Shown piece after piece: positions 35,403-47,975 of a stretch of 64,000 nucleotides of DNA. Every line of letters begins with the position of its first letter. Within the stretch, counting starts at the first letter, position 1. The notes beneath the pieces were generated by a model, which ran no database searches, was not told where the DNA came from, and saw only the letters and a list, made by a program, of their open reading frames with translations. The position numbers and the translations under genes are program-made. The DNA is from Alloascoidea hylecoeti (taxonomy: Eukaryota). The DNA is taken from NCBI GenBank assembly GCA_001600815.1, contig BCKZ01000018.1:215974-279973 (forward strand), read 5' to 3'.

Positions 35403-35822
35403 TCAAAATAATGATAGGCATTTAAAAAAAAAAATTATTATGATAAGGATATATGCAAATTTTGAGAATAATAACTTTCTAGCAGTTAATTTTGGTTTGA
35501 TTGACAATGACTCAAAAGTCTCAAAGTTATCTTTTTCTTTGTTTAAATTTCCTTTTGTATCAATGAGATAATTATAAAATGGAATTTCTTTTATATTTAT
35601 TTTGAAAGAATCAATTTCTGCCTTATTAACAGGTGCAGTTGTATTATTTCTCTGATATTTTGTTCTCTTGATTCTGTGTTTGACCGATAGTAATAAACCT
35701 AAATCCCGTTCCAAGCATTCTCTTTCAAGTACCAGCCCCGCTTTGCATTTTTTATAAAATTTATCAGAATGTGTCTGGATTTCTGTATTGTATATAATTT
35801 CTTTATTAGGCCAGTTGAGCAT
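35403..35822 (-). CDS. Hypothetical protein (139 aa as annotated; 3' end may be spliced)
   Basis: ATG preceded by ACAAA, 420-nt open frame in AT-rich DNA, Reb1-type site TTACCCGG at 35921 about 100 bp upstream. No family recognised. Confidence 0.45.
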   Translation of the reverse strand: MLNWPNKEIIYNTEIQTHSDKFYKKCKAGLVLERECLERDLGLLLSVKHRIKRTKYQRNNTTAPVNKAEIDSFKINIKEIPFYNYLIDTKGNLNKEKDNFETFESLSIKPKLTARKLLFSKFAYILIIIIFFFKCLSLF

Positions 35823-36113
35823 TTTGTTCTAAGGAATGAATAAAAGAATGTGGTTTTTTTGAATATAGAGCTTTCGAAATTAAAACAAACTCCAAGGTTT
35901 AAAAATGAGTAATATAGACATTACCCGGTCAGATCTTACCTTATTAAATAAAGTTTATTATATTTACCTTATCATTTTAAATTTATCATAAAATATCATA
36001 AACGTTAACACATCTTCTAGTTAAAAATAAATATATGTATATATAAGTAAGAAATGGAGAAAAAAAGGTTTCTATCAAATATATTAACAAATTATTTAAA
36101 TCAATTGGAATAA

Positions 36114-37259
36114 TTATTCAGCATTAAAGATGCTATCCGTCCTATTAGATCCAAAATGGTATAAATAAGTCTTTGCCATTTCATATGAAGTCCATCCAAT
36201 AGCTGTAGAAGGCATATTATATATTACTCTTGGTTTAAGACCCCTAAAAAATCCAGAGAGACCACCTTTTTTGTAGATTAATTTAGCGGCTCCGACTAAG
36301 GAATTGACATTCCTTACATGACTATCTGTTGATAATCCTTTTGTTTGCAGTAGTGTTTTAATACAATCTAACGGCGTTGTAAGCCCCGCAGCAAATGCTC
36401 CTGATACTCCACCAGCTACACAATGCATCATTGGGTCGTATTTTCGTTCTGGATTTAAAATCTTTGAAATTGATTCATATATTGTAAAATTAATAATTGA
36501 AAAAGGAACATTCATAAATAATGTGGTTGGGTAAGAGACATAAAAAGCTGATAAACCTTCCTTTTGATATATTTTTGAAGAAAATTTAAATATACTATTT
36601 TCTCTTGGGGTTTGAATTGGCCCTGTTGTGTTTTTAATTAGTTTAACTTCAGTCTCCGCCTGCATTCGCTGTTTGATAACATCGAAAGGTGTCATTAGAG
36701 CTTCATTGGCGATTGTTGCGCAAGCACCAGAAACTGAAGTGATTATTGGATGATGATTAAGATAAGTATCCGGCTTATCCTTTAGTAATGTTTTTTTAAT
36801 ACCTTCATAGACAGCATAATGTACAGCATGAGCAGGTCCAGCACCGATAATGACAGATGGTAAACCTTTCCACAAACTTGAAGCTCCTTCCCTTGCTGTG
36901 ATTTTCGATACGGCAGCAATTATTCCAGTATATACATGTGAAGAAATAGCTGATACCTGCATTCTTGTTTTTATAGCATCGACGGGAAACATTACAGTAT
37001 GTTCCATTATACCAGCAAACGCTCCAGCACATAATTGAGCGGCTAAACTTGAATATTCAGGGAGTGATTCATAATCTGGGTCCTCGTCGTCAACAAGTGT
37101 ATTTAACGTCGATGAGCTTATTTGCTTAGATGATGTTGATTCATGTTGAATTATATTTTTCATTGAATCTAAAGGCGAGTTTGGAGAATGTGATAAATGC
37201 ATTTTCTTTGTAGGTGTGGTATCTACCTCATGAAGTGAAAAAGTCGAAGAATTAACCAT
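36114..37259 (-). CDS. MRS3: Mitochondrial iron carrier Mrs3/Mrs4 (mitoferrin)
   Basis: DYESLP, AGAFAGIMEHTVMFPVDAIKTRMQ, GAGPAHAVHY, TTPLDCIKTLLQ. Confidence 0.95.
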   Translation of the reverse strand: MVNSSTFSLHEVDTTPTKKMHLSHSPNSPLDSMKNIIQHESTSSKQISSSTLNTLVDDEDPDYESLPEYSSLAAQLCAGAFAGIMEHTVMFPVDAIKTRMQVSAISSHVYTGIIAAVSKITAREGASSLWKGLPSVIIGAGPAHAVHYAVYEGIKKTLLKDKPDTYLNHHPIITSVSGACATIANEALMTPFDVIKQRMQAETEVKLIKNTTGPIQTPRENSIFKFSSKIYQKEGLSAFYVSYPTTLFMNVPFSIINFTIYESISKILNPERKYDPMMHCVAGGVSGAFAAGLTTPLDCIKTLLQTKGLSTDSHVRNVNSLVGAAKLIYKKGGLSGFFRGLKPRVIYNMPSTAIGWTSYEMAKTYLYHFGSNRTDSIFNAE

Positions 37260-38633
37260 TCTAAAATATTATCCCTTTATCACCTTTTTATTATTTTCAA
37301 CAAATGGATATATATTTTGATGGGTTTCCGGACGGCCCGACAGACTTTTTTCGCTAGTATATAGAAAGATAATGTTATTTTATCTTATAGTTGATCAAAT
37401 AAAAAGAATGTTCGTTAGAAAATTCCGTATTAAGATTTGTACTTTTTTTTTTTTTCCCTTCCCTTCCGCAATATAAAGCTTTGTATCAATAAGTCAAACC
37501 CAAAATCTTCAAGTATTTGCCTGTCTAATTGAAAAATATTTGGAGATAAAAGGAGAAATTCTTATATTCTTCAAGTTGATATATTACCAATTCAAAACAA
37601 ATATATATATACTTGAATTAACAATTGAGATGTTGAAAATTAGTAGAGAATTTCCACGGAGATGCGGCTTGGTCCATCCCTATCTATATCCGGGTAAATG
37701 TATATTAGATATGTGAAAAATTAAATTAGATTCGGTAAAGAGTGGAATAATTGCAATATGATTGTAAGCTTAAAGACATGAAATAGAAAGGCTAGTTATT
37801 GAAGTTTTGGTTGTTTTACTGCAGTTTATGTTATCGATTTAAAAAAAGAAGATCATGAGATATAATAATAATAGAAAATAATGCAAATGTAGATCATGTG
37901 ATCGTAAGCTGAGCCATTTACTGCCATGAACTACAACCTCAAGTGCCTAATTGGATGCCACTCCGAATAAAGCAATACTATAACCAGCTACTGAAAACTC
38001 TAAAACCATTAAACTGTTATTAAAATGGTGCTCAAAGTTCCGTAGATACTAGAGATTATGTTTTAATTTAGTATTTAGTGTTGACACCCTTAACGCCATA
38101 CACGGCTGCCAGCCTACGAAGCATGGATTCAAATAGATTATCAATATCCCAACCTATGGGGTCCCAATATTTTGAAGAAGACATAAAAATTAGGTCTTTC
38201 TTCATTTATACACAATGTTAAAGGCTAATAATTCCTCTCTTATGGTGCACTTTTCTGAGGAGATTCCATGTGTGTTCAATTGTATTTTAAATTATATTCA
38301 TTAGGTGAAAATGGAGTTCACCCCAGCACCTCTATTTCCTTATCACGATATCAATTGATCCCAATTCTATTTTCATGGATAGATGCATAGTCCAGCTTGA
38401 ATATGAGATCATCAGGAGTCTCATCAAACGCTTCCCAAAAGTTATATGTAGGAAGTTATATGTGGGAAGTTACGCATAGGAACGTGTGGTAGCTCCGTTT
38501 TTTGTGCTATTAGGATCCCCCACCACTCTATATACAGTGAAGCACGGCTTCCTCTCCTAATTCTACCCTACGTATACTATACAACATAAGACTTACAGAC
38601 CCATACTTCGTTATATAATAAATATTTTGAAGC

Positions 38634-38940
38634 TCAAAGCCCTGGCCCGCAGCTAACTTTCGTCAAGCGTATGCTTTTCCACATTCCGATTTTGTAACGA
38701 CCATTCGTCACAAGCATTCTAAAACAACACCATATTACTCTATTTCTTTGGTTCTTCTCGTTCACATAAGTTAGAAAAAAAAATTTATTCTTGCTTTTTT
38801 TACAAGGGTTACTAGACCGGTGTTCAATACTTTTAACCTTAAACTTTGAAGCCATCTCATCAAACGTATCCAGGGATAACTTTTAACAACCCTTAGAATT
38901 TGGTCCACTGCCATTTCAATAATCTCTAAGGTTTGTACGC
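38634..38940 (-). mobile_element. Tc1-like transposase remnant (HTH to first D of DDE)
   Basis: Minus strand ...TYVNEKNQRNRVIWC...MWKSI followed, after a frameshift, by LDES, matching Tc1 N+.+R+.W+....W..V++SDES. Confidence 0.55.
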
Positions 38941-39865
38941 TTTTTTATTTGACATCGTGTGATTTCTTTACAGTAAAATAAAATGTAAAGTTAAATGGTT
39001 AATAAACCTCCTTCCTAATTCGGTAATTGAGAAGCCATGTTTACTCAGATTACATATTTCAATATCCACTTAGTTGGTTGAAATTTCTTTTTGAAATTAT
39101 ACAATTACTTGAAATCTTGGATGGAATTTTAAAAGTTATTCTATGCACATTTAAAAAGATGGTTCTTTTTTTTTTGGAGGGATATTTGAAAAATCTTAAC
39201 TTTTTAACTTCTTAATGATGTACCGAGCTGTAAGTCAATTTTACCTCAACAGTTATTACTAGGATGTGCTAATGAGGCTATAGCTATTAGCTTCAGGATG
39301 AAATAATCTGCCGGTATAGCAATAAGAGTTATTCTAAAAATACTGATATCATTCTAAGAAAGTAAGATAATTATAAATAATAGCTATTTTTATTTTTCAA
39401 ATTATATTATTTCAATTGCAAGTTTAAATTTAAAACGATCAATGATCTAAAATATATAATAAGATATTATGATTAATTAAAATAATATATAAGAACTTTT
39501 TAAAACAAAAATATGAAGAATCACAATAGGTACCAATTAATATTCCCTCCAATTAGTTATAATTAAGCTGAGTTTATATAGATGACACTTTTAGTAAAAT
39601 AATTTTTTTGTAAATGTGAAGAATAAAATTAATGAATGAAAAAAAAAATGAAAAAGAGGATGATGAATTCAAAAGAAAACTTGAAATCGTAATTGAAATT
39701 ATATCCATCACTATAATGAGTGCCATTGAAATCATATAAGTTATAGAATTCAATATCTCTGCTCTGGTAATCAATCAAAATTATTAGTTAAATGTTATTA
39801 TATGCTTGGATTGAAAGATAAAAAAATTAGAAAATAAGATGATAATGAAAAAACATTAATAATAA

Positions 39866-41068
39866 TTAAAGAAGGAAGAGTGAGATACCAGCAATAACAG
39901 CAGCGATACCGATTCTACCATCATTTAATAGTTCAACAGAAGCAGCAGCGCCTGTAGAAGCGGATCCTGAAGCGGATGCAGAAGCAGAAGCTGACGAATC
40001 TTCACCAGATGAAGTTGAAGATTTACTTTTTTTGGTTTTTGTAGAAGTAGAATTTCTTGAAGCACTTCCACTACCAGAATTAGTTTTTGTAACAAAAGAA
40101 GAACCTGAACCACTTGCACTTCCGGATCCAGTAGTGGATTTAACAACAACAACAGTTGTGTCTTCTCCCGAACTAGTTGCAGTCGCACTTCCAGATGCAG
40201 TAGTAGATTTAATGACGACGGTTGTAGACTCCCCTGAAGCCTTTGAACCAGTTGCAGTTCCAGAAGCCTTTGAACCAGTTGCAGTTCCAGAAGCCTTTGA
40301 ACCAGTTGCAGTTCCAGAAGCCTTTGAACCGGTTGCAGTTCCAGAAGCCGTGGTAGATTTAACAACAACGGTCGTGGACTCCCCTGAGGCCCCTGAGGCC
40401 CCTGAACCCGTTGCAGTTCCAGAAGCTGTGGTAGACTTAACAACAACAGTTGTGTCTTCTCCTGAACCAGATGCAGATCCTGTAGTGCCCGAGATTTCAG
40501 ATCCTGTAGCAGAAGCTGCAGATCCAGTTGAGGTTGTTGTAACAACAGTAGTAGTAGCTTCACCGGATGATGCCGCGGAATTAGTTCCGGTGGTAGTGGT
40601 AGCAGTACCTGTAGATTCAGTAGTTTTACCTGATGTTGCAGCTGTTCCTTGACTGGTAGCAGCACTACCGGTAGATTCACCTGTAACAGATCCAGTAGAG
40701 GCAGAAGATTCTGCTGCTTCACCGGTTGAAGCAGTGACAGTTAAGACACCCTCTGTTGCAGCAGCTGAAGAGGTGGCTTCACCAGTAGAAGCAGTGACGG
40801 TTAAAACACCTCCTGTATTGCCAGTTTCTTGTGACGTTTCTGTTGTAACTTGTCCAGCGGCGGTGCTTGTGACGGTTATAACATTTTGAGTAGTAGTTGT
40901 GTGGACTGATCCGTCGGCAGCAGTGGAGACCAGAACAAACTGCTGGGTTGCCAGTTCCTCTGTGACGACATTGCCAATGGTGGAGGTGAAGTACAGGATT
41001 TCTCCGTTGACCAAAGCAGCGGAGTAAAGAGCAGGTATAAGCTTAACTAGGGAGTATTGATATTTCAT
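39866..41068 (-). CDS. Ser/Thr-rich GPI-anchored cell-wall protein
   Basis: N-terminal signal peptide, S/T/G/A-rich body with 27-bp tandem repeats (SGTATGSKA x4 near 40220-40330), STGAAAS omega region and hydrophobic C-terminus. Confidence 0.9.
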   Translation of the reverse strand: MKYQYSLVKLIPALYSAALVNGEILYFTSTIGNVVTEELATQQFVLVSTAADGSVHTTTTQNVITVTSTAAGQVTTETSQETGNTGGVLTVTASTGEATSSAAATEGVLTVTASTGEAAESSASTGSVTGESTGSAATSQGTAATSGKTTESTGTATTTTGTNSAASSGEATTTVVTTTSTGSAASATGSEISGTTGSASGSGEDTTVVVKSTTASGTATGSGASGASGESTTVVVKSTTASGTATGSKASGTATGSKASGTATGSKASGTATGSKASGESTTVVIKSTTASGSATATSSGEDTTVVVVKSTTGSGSASGSGSSFVTKTNSGSGSASRNSTSTKTKKSKSSTSSGEDSSASASASASGSASTGAAASVELLNDGRIGIAAVIAGISLFLL

Positions 41069-41492
41069 TGCAATTATAACTAACGAAGGATTAATATTAA
41101 GGTTGGGGGATGGACCAGGAGCCAGCTGCTTTATATATATAAATTACTCTCTCCAGAACAGGAAATTTCCAAGCCCGTTCCAGGTCAGCGCAAATCAATT
41201 CGAACTTTTTGGTTCTCTTTCTAGCTGACATCCGGTAACTGAGCTTCCGTTCGGGTCTGGAGGCACATCCTTTCGGGTCGTGGGGGCCTATTCGGGGTCT
41301 GGAACGCAAATTCCACAACTTTACACAATTTTTGGGAATATCAATGGAATCAATTCATTCCAAATTAATGAGAGCTAGAGGTAACCCCACCAACTATTTC
41401 CTCTTTCGCCATTCCCTGCATATTTTCTTAATGCAGGGTCCTCCTTGATTTCAGTTCTCTTACCTTTAACAGAGCAGTGAGTGTTCACTACG

Positions 41493-41790
41493 CTATAAAT
41501 AGATAGTACCCAATAGCAAATATCTAATATTTCACATTTTAATACGATGATACATCTAAAAGCGTGACTCTGGCAATAATTTTGGATAGATTTGTTCATC
41601 CACCGCCAAAAACTTGGATTTTGGTCATCGCGTTTGTGAAATTCCTCTGGGTTCTTTTTATGCTAATGCAATTGATCGAGATGAACTAATATTAATTAAT
41701 GTATCGATTGGAAGAAATGCCGTAAACGCTCTTAAACTAAACATTCATGAGGCCTTACAAGGTGTTTGATGCTAATTTAACTATTTATAG
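41493..41790. promoter_or_regulatory. Two Rlm1/MEF2-type sites CTA(W)4TAG upstream of the GPI protein gene
   Basis: CTATAAATAG at 41493-41502 and CTATTTATAG at 41781-41790. Confidence 0.5.
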
Positions 41791-41860
41791 GCACTAATAG
41801 CAGGCTAGAATCTTTGTCTCACGTGTGTGAGGTCCCGCCATGAATAATGTAAGTGGGTGG

Positions 41861-41893
41861 TATTACGGCCGTTATTACGGCCGTTATTACGGC
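41861..41893. repeat. 12-bp tandem repeat (TATTACGGCCGT) x2.7
   Basis: tattacggccgt tattacggccgt tattacggc. Confidence 0.85.
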
Positions 41894-44312
41894 GCAATGC
41901 TGTTTCACTCTGAAAAACATACAATTTAAAAATAAATATTTTTGATTAAAGGACCAAATCTCAGGGAAATATCACCAGACAAACCAGAAATTACGTTCCT
42001 TAACTTGTCTAAGTATCACTAAAGACAATTCTATAGTGAATATGCAATGAGTTAGCCAAAAAGTGATTGATTCATAATTAGCTAATTCTATTACTCAGGC
42101 ATTACCTATCACAACCTTCTGTTGTGTTTTGCGGATAAATTTTGAGTTTGTGTCCCACAGTTTTCAACTGGATATAAGATCTGGAGCATTCACAGGCCTA
42201 GAATAAAACTGTTCTAACTGATATTCCGCTTGGAGCTTGCAGTTGTGGATTGGTCATTTTGTATTGAAAACTACCACCTTCATTAGCTTCAATAAAAGGT
42301 TTTACTAGTTGCAACTTGTAATTAGTTGGTCTACACCGACTCTACGGTGCTAATGGTTTTGTGATGAAGCCTGATGCATCTTGATTCAACATACAGTGTC
42401 AAATACACGTATTCTGAGCAAACAGATCGATGAGAGATAGATGCCTTAGCTCTGTAGTTAGTTGATGATTTATATTTCCAACAGTCAAAAATGCTTAAAG
42501 TTTCAAATCACATATAAAGTTTATCAAGAGGTTAGCGCGTTCTAATGTTGCTACGATATTCATTCGTTACTCCCGAGTATAGCAAATTACAAAGTGTGTG
42601 TATTAAAATTATTGCATGAGTTGTATTAATCTTTTGCACGATCGTTTTGTAATTTCACTAACCTATATCCTCCACATTTATGTTTAGAAATCAGATAAAC
42701 CTTAGTACAATTGTAATTACAAAGTTTAGCACGGTCATGTGACCACTATGGAAGTTTATAGCATTTCTAAAAAAGCAATTGCAATTGCAAACATAAAATT
42801 GAGTGTGACACTAATTAATTATAATTATAATATTAATAAAGCAAACTGTGAATTTCACTAGAGTCAGTGTAGGCATGTTGCTATGAGATGGATTAATCAT
42901 TTAAGAAGCCCTAACGCTAGCGATGGCAAATTTGAACAATTAGTATTGAATTGATTGAAATAAAATAGAAAGTATTACATTCATTAATTAATATGTGTAA
43001 AAACAAGAAATAATTTTCATTTAGCGGAATCCGAAAACAACACTAATCTATGTCACCTGTTTGTATTGCACACACTTAAAATAAAGAATTCAAAGGAAAA
43101 TTCACATTCGTTATCACGATTCACGGCTAAGATTTCAAGACCCTGAGATCTGCCTCATCTAGTTCTATGCCATTGATAGCGCTAGTTAGATAGTATATTC
43201 GTGACTATTTGCACTTCATATCATCTGAAAATTTTGAATGAATATTTGAAATTGATGAAATATATTACTTTGAAATTGATAATTCATGTAAATATCAAAC
43301 CTGCTTTCTCTCTTTATCCCAGATGAACTGTATATTTTGGTATACTTGCAACAAATTATATATTTAACGCGATACATATAATTAGGTGATAATCATGAAA
43401 ATGCCGTTATATACTATATTTGTCAATAATTGACCTGTCAAATTTTATATGTAAAATTCATAATATTTATAATCTATTTGATTAATGTTATCCATTGGCA
43501 TTAATGAAACCTTTCTCTTAATGCAAATATTATAAACGATTGTCATGAAAAATCTAGTACTGGTAGCTATCATATACCGTTTTCCCACCTATTCATAGCA
43601 CTTTTTTCGAGCTTATAGTATAGTTGTATTCATTATTGCAATTCCCATATTGTAAACATGACTCAGTGATCTAAGTCAAATGTTGAGGGATTAAAAAGAA
43701 AATTCGTAAATATCCAAGAAGAAAATTATAACTATTTTATATAGAAGTAACCAATCCTATTTTTACAACAGTAAAATGCTAAAACATAATTAAAAGCAGT
43801 TTAACACAACAAACAATAAATAAAGATAATTGTTATGCATTGGGGTTCTGTCACCTTACTTTTCTTATCATCATGCAGGCGTGGGATCATTTAATTAATA
43901 ACCGTCGCGTGAGTCAGCCCATCGGAAATATTCCATAGTTATAGTGTATGATTATAATCGCCGGTGTAACTTCTTTCCATATTTAGATGAAAAACCGCCA
44001 ATAGTATTATATGTTGAGTGTCGTGAAGCCAAGAGTTAAAGTCCGGCTGAAGTCCGCCGAAACACAAAATGTTATCAATTTAATAAATAGGAGTTCCTAA
44101 AATATATAATTATAATTGAAATTAGGTATAATAGCTCTACAGTTTACTGTTATCTTCATGATCATCATCTTTGATTGACTCATATGTCTTTGGATATAAA
44201 AGGAGAAGATTCCTCTCTGTTTAAGGTGTCTTTTGTTAAGTTTTCTTTCCTAAAAACCTTTCGGAATTAATCACTACCACATATTTCTAACAAACAGCGC
44301 TTCAAAATTATC

Positions 44313-44660
44313 ATGTCCCTTTCAATAGTTTCTTCTCTAATCACAACTACTACTCCTGCTGTAATTGGTGTCGCATCTACCTTTGGACTACGAGTAACCC
44401 GTCGTTTACTTTCAACTTCAACAACTAAATCATTTTTAGAACAAAATACTGTTACATCTAGCTCAGATGCACCAATAGATTCGCAAGAACCACACATCCA
44501 TTCATTTGCTGAATATAGAAAGATAGCGAAGCAATTTGGTCCTTTAAATGCTTCTCATAATGCTCCTAAGGCAGAAGCTCATGATGCCGCTAATATAAGT
44601 CCTCAATTCATAGAGGCAGCAAAGAGGACTGAATATAATGAAGAAGAATATGATCTATAA
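44313..44660 (+). CDS. DPI8: Small mitochondrial protein, Dpi8/YJL133C-A-like
   Basis: Presequence-like N-terminus (LRVTRRLLST) and motif SFAEYRKIAKQFGPLNAS resembling SFKEYRENAKTYGPLSAS. The S. cerevisiae gene neighbours MRS3, as here. Confidence 0.7.
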   Translation: MSLSIVSSLITTTTPAVIGVASTFGLRVTRRLLSTSTTKSFLEQNTVTSSSDAPIDSQEPHIHSFAEYRKIAKQFGPLNASHNAPKAEAHDAANISPQFIEAAKRTEYNEEEYDL

Positions 44661-46490
44661 TTCCTATGAATCCGTGAAAGAGTTATTTATAATATGTTTT
44701 CAAAGGTACACTATTAAAAACTTTGGAAACTGTTCAATTTGTATTTACAAGGTGAAGTTTGATGAATGTAATTTATAATTACACGTTAATTACAAAGAGA
44801 TGTCGATATTGTGGATGAAAGACAATTATTATTTGATCTTTCATTCTTACAAATTTAAATGTTTTATTTTTGGGGTTATCTAGAGATTATGGTTNTTGTC
44901 TTTTTTTTTTTTTTTTTAATTGATATTTAAATTTAAAGTTAAATAATACAATGGGTGTAAAAGCAGTATACATATTTCAGTATAATAAATTTTGACTAAT
45001 TACTACATTCAAACTTGAGTATATTGTTTCGGTTATAATATCTTATTTATTATGAGGTTTCATACACGTATGGTAGATACCCGGCCCTTAGTGCCTATAA
45101 ATAGTGTGGCATATCCTACAACTATGCTTCGAAATTATATGTTGGATCTGGTGGTGTTAATTTAACTTAATTATCACCCACGTTATTAATAATTAATCTC
45201 GTATATGTATGCATGTAAAAGAATTTCCGTGGGAGAGTAAATTTCAAATTTACAGATGAACTGAAGATCTAATATTATATCCAATTGCATGTATTTAGCT
45301 ATAGCAATATTGATCAATTGATATAATTTAGTTGTTAATAACCGACTATATTTATAGGATATACATTAGTTGGCAATAATTCGTTAATTAAAATTCTCAT
45401 AATTAACTTCTAGTTCTATATATTTAAAATTATTATAGGGTAAGTTTCATTCTAACCGCGAGTTCAGAATATCATATCTACTGAACCATGACAAATTTAA
45501 ATGCTTGTACAAACTTTAAAAGATCTAGAAAACTACTAGATTCTCCTGCGTCGAGTCTTACCTAAGTTGAGTACCTTTTATATATACGATAAATAATTTT
45601 GTTTAAAAAATGTTCAAGTTTTGTGCTAGGTGCTTGTTAAGCCTACTCAACCTCTTTTTCTCACGGAATTTATGAATATGCAGGTAACTATGCATTCTTA
45701 CTCTACGAGGGAATATAGAAACATTTATATGCATGCATACGTCAATATATAAGGTAAATGGAAGTATTAAAAAAAAAATATGACCTATAATTTTTAACCA
45801 TTTGTTTGGCAACGAGATCGTAGTCAATAAATGGGGACAAATTTTTGACAAACAAGAGCTAAAATTAATTTGATTTACATTTTCCATTATCTACCTTGTC
45901 ATTTTTAAAAATATAAGTGAAGTAATATTTGGTGTCGTGGGTGGGTGGGTCACATTTTGCGCAAGGGGGTGTTCATTTCAGTGACACGCACCTTATGTGT
46001 ACGTTGATTATAATATAATGATTTTCTTAACTTTGCGTAGATAACTTTATAAGGGATAATTATATATCATTTCTTCCATACCGTTAAATCCTTACTCATA
46101 CATGTTCTTTCCATGTGGCACTGATAACAATTATAGTATGACTCACAAATGCCAATATCAATGGAAGACTATCTATCAAAATAACCGGTTGATGACCCAA
46201 GTTTAGACATAGCCAAGAACAAACTAGCTAATATTTACATATATGGAGCACTTTTATAAGGTTTACTAGTACGATGCACCGTTAAGGTGGTTACGTCAGG
46301 ATATGTATAGAAGTAAGTTTGAGAATGCACTTGTATACGCATACCAACGGCCTTAACGTACAGGCTTAAGCGAATTGCGTTTGGGAGAGTATTATGCGGT
46401 TCCTTGTAGATTCACAACGGTTTTTGCAACAGTAACTCTAAATCATTTCTTTGTCCTTTTTTTTTCTCCTCCAAAAATAAATACAGAACC

Positions 46491-47360
46491 ATGAGCAAAC
46501 TGCGGTCTCCTTCAGCATCACACAGCATTGACATCCTCACTCCGGTATCGGCGGGAGCACCGGGAAGCTTGCACAGAAGATCCAGCGGTTGCAGGTATCC
46601 TTCTGTTGATGAAATCCTCAAAGGAAAAGCCCCAGAACCTTTTTCCCTCACAGCGTTCAAAAAATATGTTGCTCAGAATCACTGCTCAGAAAACGTCGAG
46701 TTCATCGTCGATGTCCAGAATTATAAATCCCTCTATAACGAATCCCATGAGAAAACTACAATCCTACAGCTAAACAAAGTCTTCAACGACATTATCGATA
46801 CCTACATCAGACCAAATTCAAAGCATGAGCTGAATCTTTCTTGTGAATCCCGCCATAGACTTGTGGATGTTGCCACCGAGTTAGAATCCATAGCCACTCC
46901 TGCTGATCCCTCGTGCTTCGATGATTCTTGCCACGAAATCCAAGAACTTATTAGAGAGTGCACCTATGTCTCGTTTGTTAATCTTTTTGCCCCTTCGTCA
47001 TTTGAGGATGTCCAATCTCCGATAGCTGCGTCCAAATCGCCAACTAATTCTTTCTGTTCAAATGATAAGGCAATCTATTCTACGATAGATTCACACTTCC
47101 CATCGAATTACGAATACAACAAACCATCTGCAAATCCAATAGCCATACCTATCAGCAATACCAATGCTACAACAAACTTAAGTGCAGAATTTCCACGATC
47201 CTCTGACTCAATTTCCGAATACTATAACTCCACGATGATCCTCAACGAAACAGAAAACATATCGAATGGAAGTTTTAAATGGGGGAAAAAATGGTCTAAA
47301 AGATTACGATGGAGTAGACAATCAATACAATCAGACTCTCCTAATCCTAAGTCCCTTTGA
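46491..47360 (+). CDS. RGS2: RGS-domain regulator of G-protein signalling (Rgs2-like)
   Basis: PEPFSLTAFKKYVAQNHCSENVEF, YIRPNSKHELNL: RGS box. Confidence 0.8.
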   Translation: MSKLRSPSASHSIDILTPVSAGAPGSLHRRSSGCRYPSVDEILKGKAPEPFSLTAFKKYVAQNHCSENVEFIVDVQNYKSLYNESHEKTTILQLNKVFNDIIDTYIRPNSKHELNLSCESRHRLVDVATELESIATPADPSCFDDSCHEIQELIRECTYVSFVNLFAPSSFEDVQSPIAASKSPTNSFCSNDKAIYSTIDSHFPSNYEYNKPSANPIAIPISNTNATTNLSAEFPRSSDSISEYYNSTMILNETENISNGSFKWGKKWSKRLRWSRQSIQSDSPNPKSL

Positions 47361-47975
47361 TTTGATTTGATTTGATTTGAATCAATTCGATCATTATTAT
47401 CTTCGTTTTGTCATGTACCTGTTTAGAAATCTTCTTTTCAAATAGTTTGCAAAAGTTGGGGTTCTTTATTTCGTTTTTTACTCTATCTCTATCCCTCTTC
47501 CTGTTATCACGCATTTTTTATGCAACCAAGGTTTAAATTTGTTTATTCGAAAGACATCACACTTTTACGTACAATCGTGATCTGTTTAAAATCTAGGCCT
47601 ATTTTGTATACTAATATATATATCATTATAAATAAGTATTTTCACTTACCTGAGTTATCTCCATATTAAAGTAAAAATACATATATTGCAGTCGAAAAGA
47701 GTAATGGCTAGTGTATTAGCAAAGTGGGGGTAACACCCGACAACCCAGAGTCAGAAATCGATCAGGTGACCCAGATCGTAATTATAATATATCAAAAATA
47801 TACGAAGCATATCATATAATCTTTTAATTAGGTTTATTCTTAGACAGCTGAACACACATTCTTCTCCCTTCGCCAACAAGTGTGTAACAGAGGAATTCCC
47901 AAGAAATATATGAAAAGATTCGCAACACATTTCAAATCTCACTCTTTATCTTTATGGAAAAGGGAGCCAACGATT

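Noticed and set aside
1108..37259. Iron gene cluster (HapX, CFD1, MRS3/4)
   Set aside because: Spread over 36 kb among unrelated housekeeping genes; CFD1 and MRS3 positions are explained by ancestral synteny.
39925..40722. Long overlapping ORFs (265 aa minus, 206 aa plus) in the GPI gene
   Set aside because: Shadow frames produced by repetitive Ser/Thr/Ala codons.
44895..44895. Single N base next to a poly(T) run
   Set aside because: Assembly ambiguity, not biology, but local contiguity should be checked.
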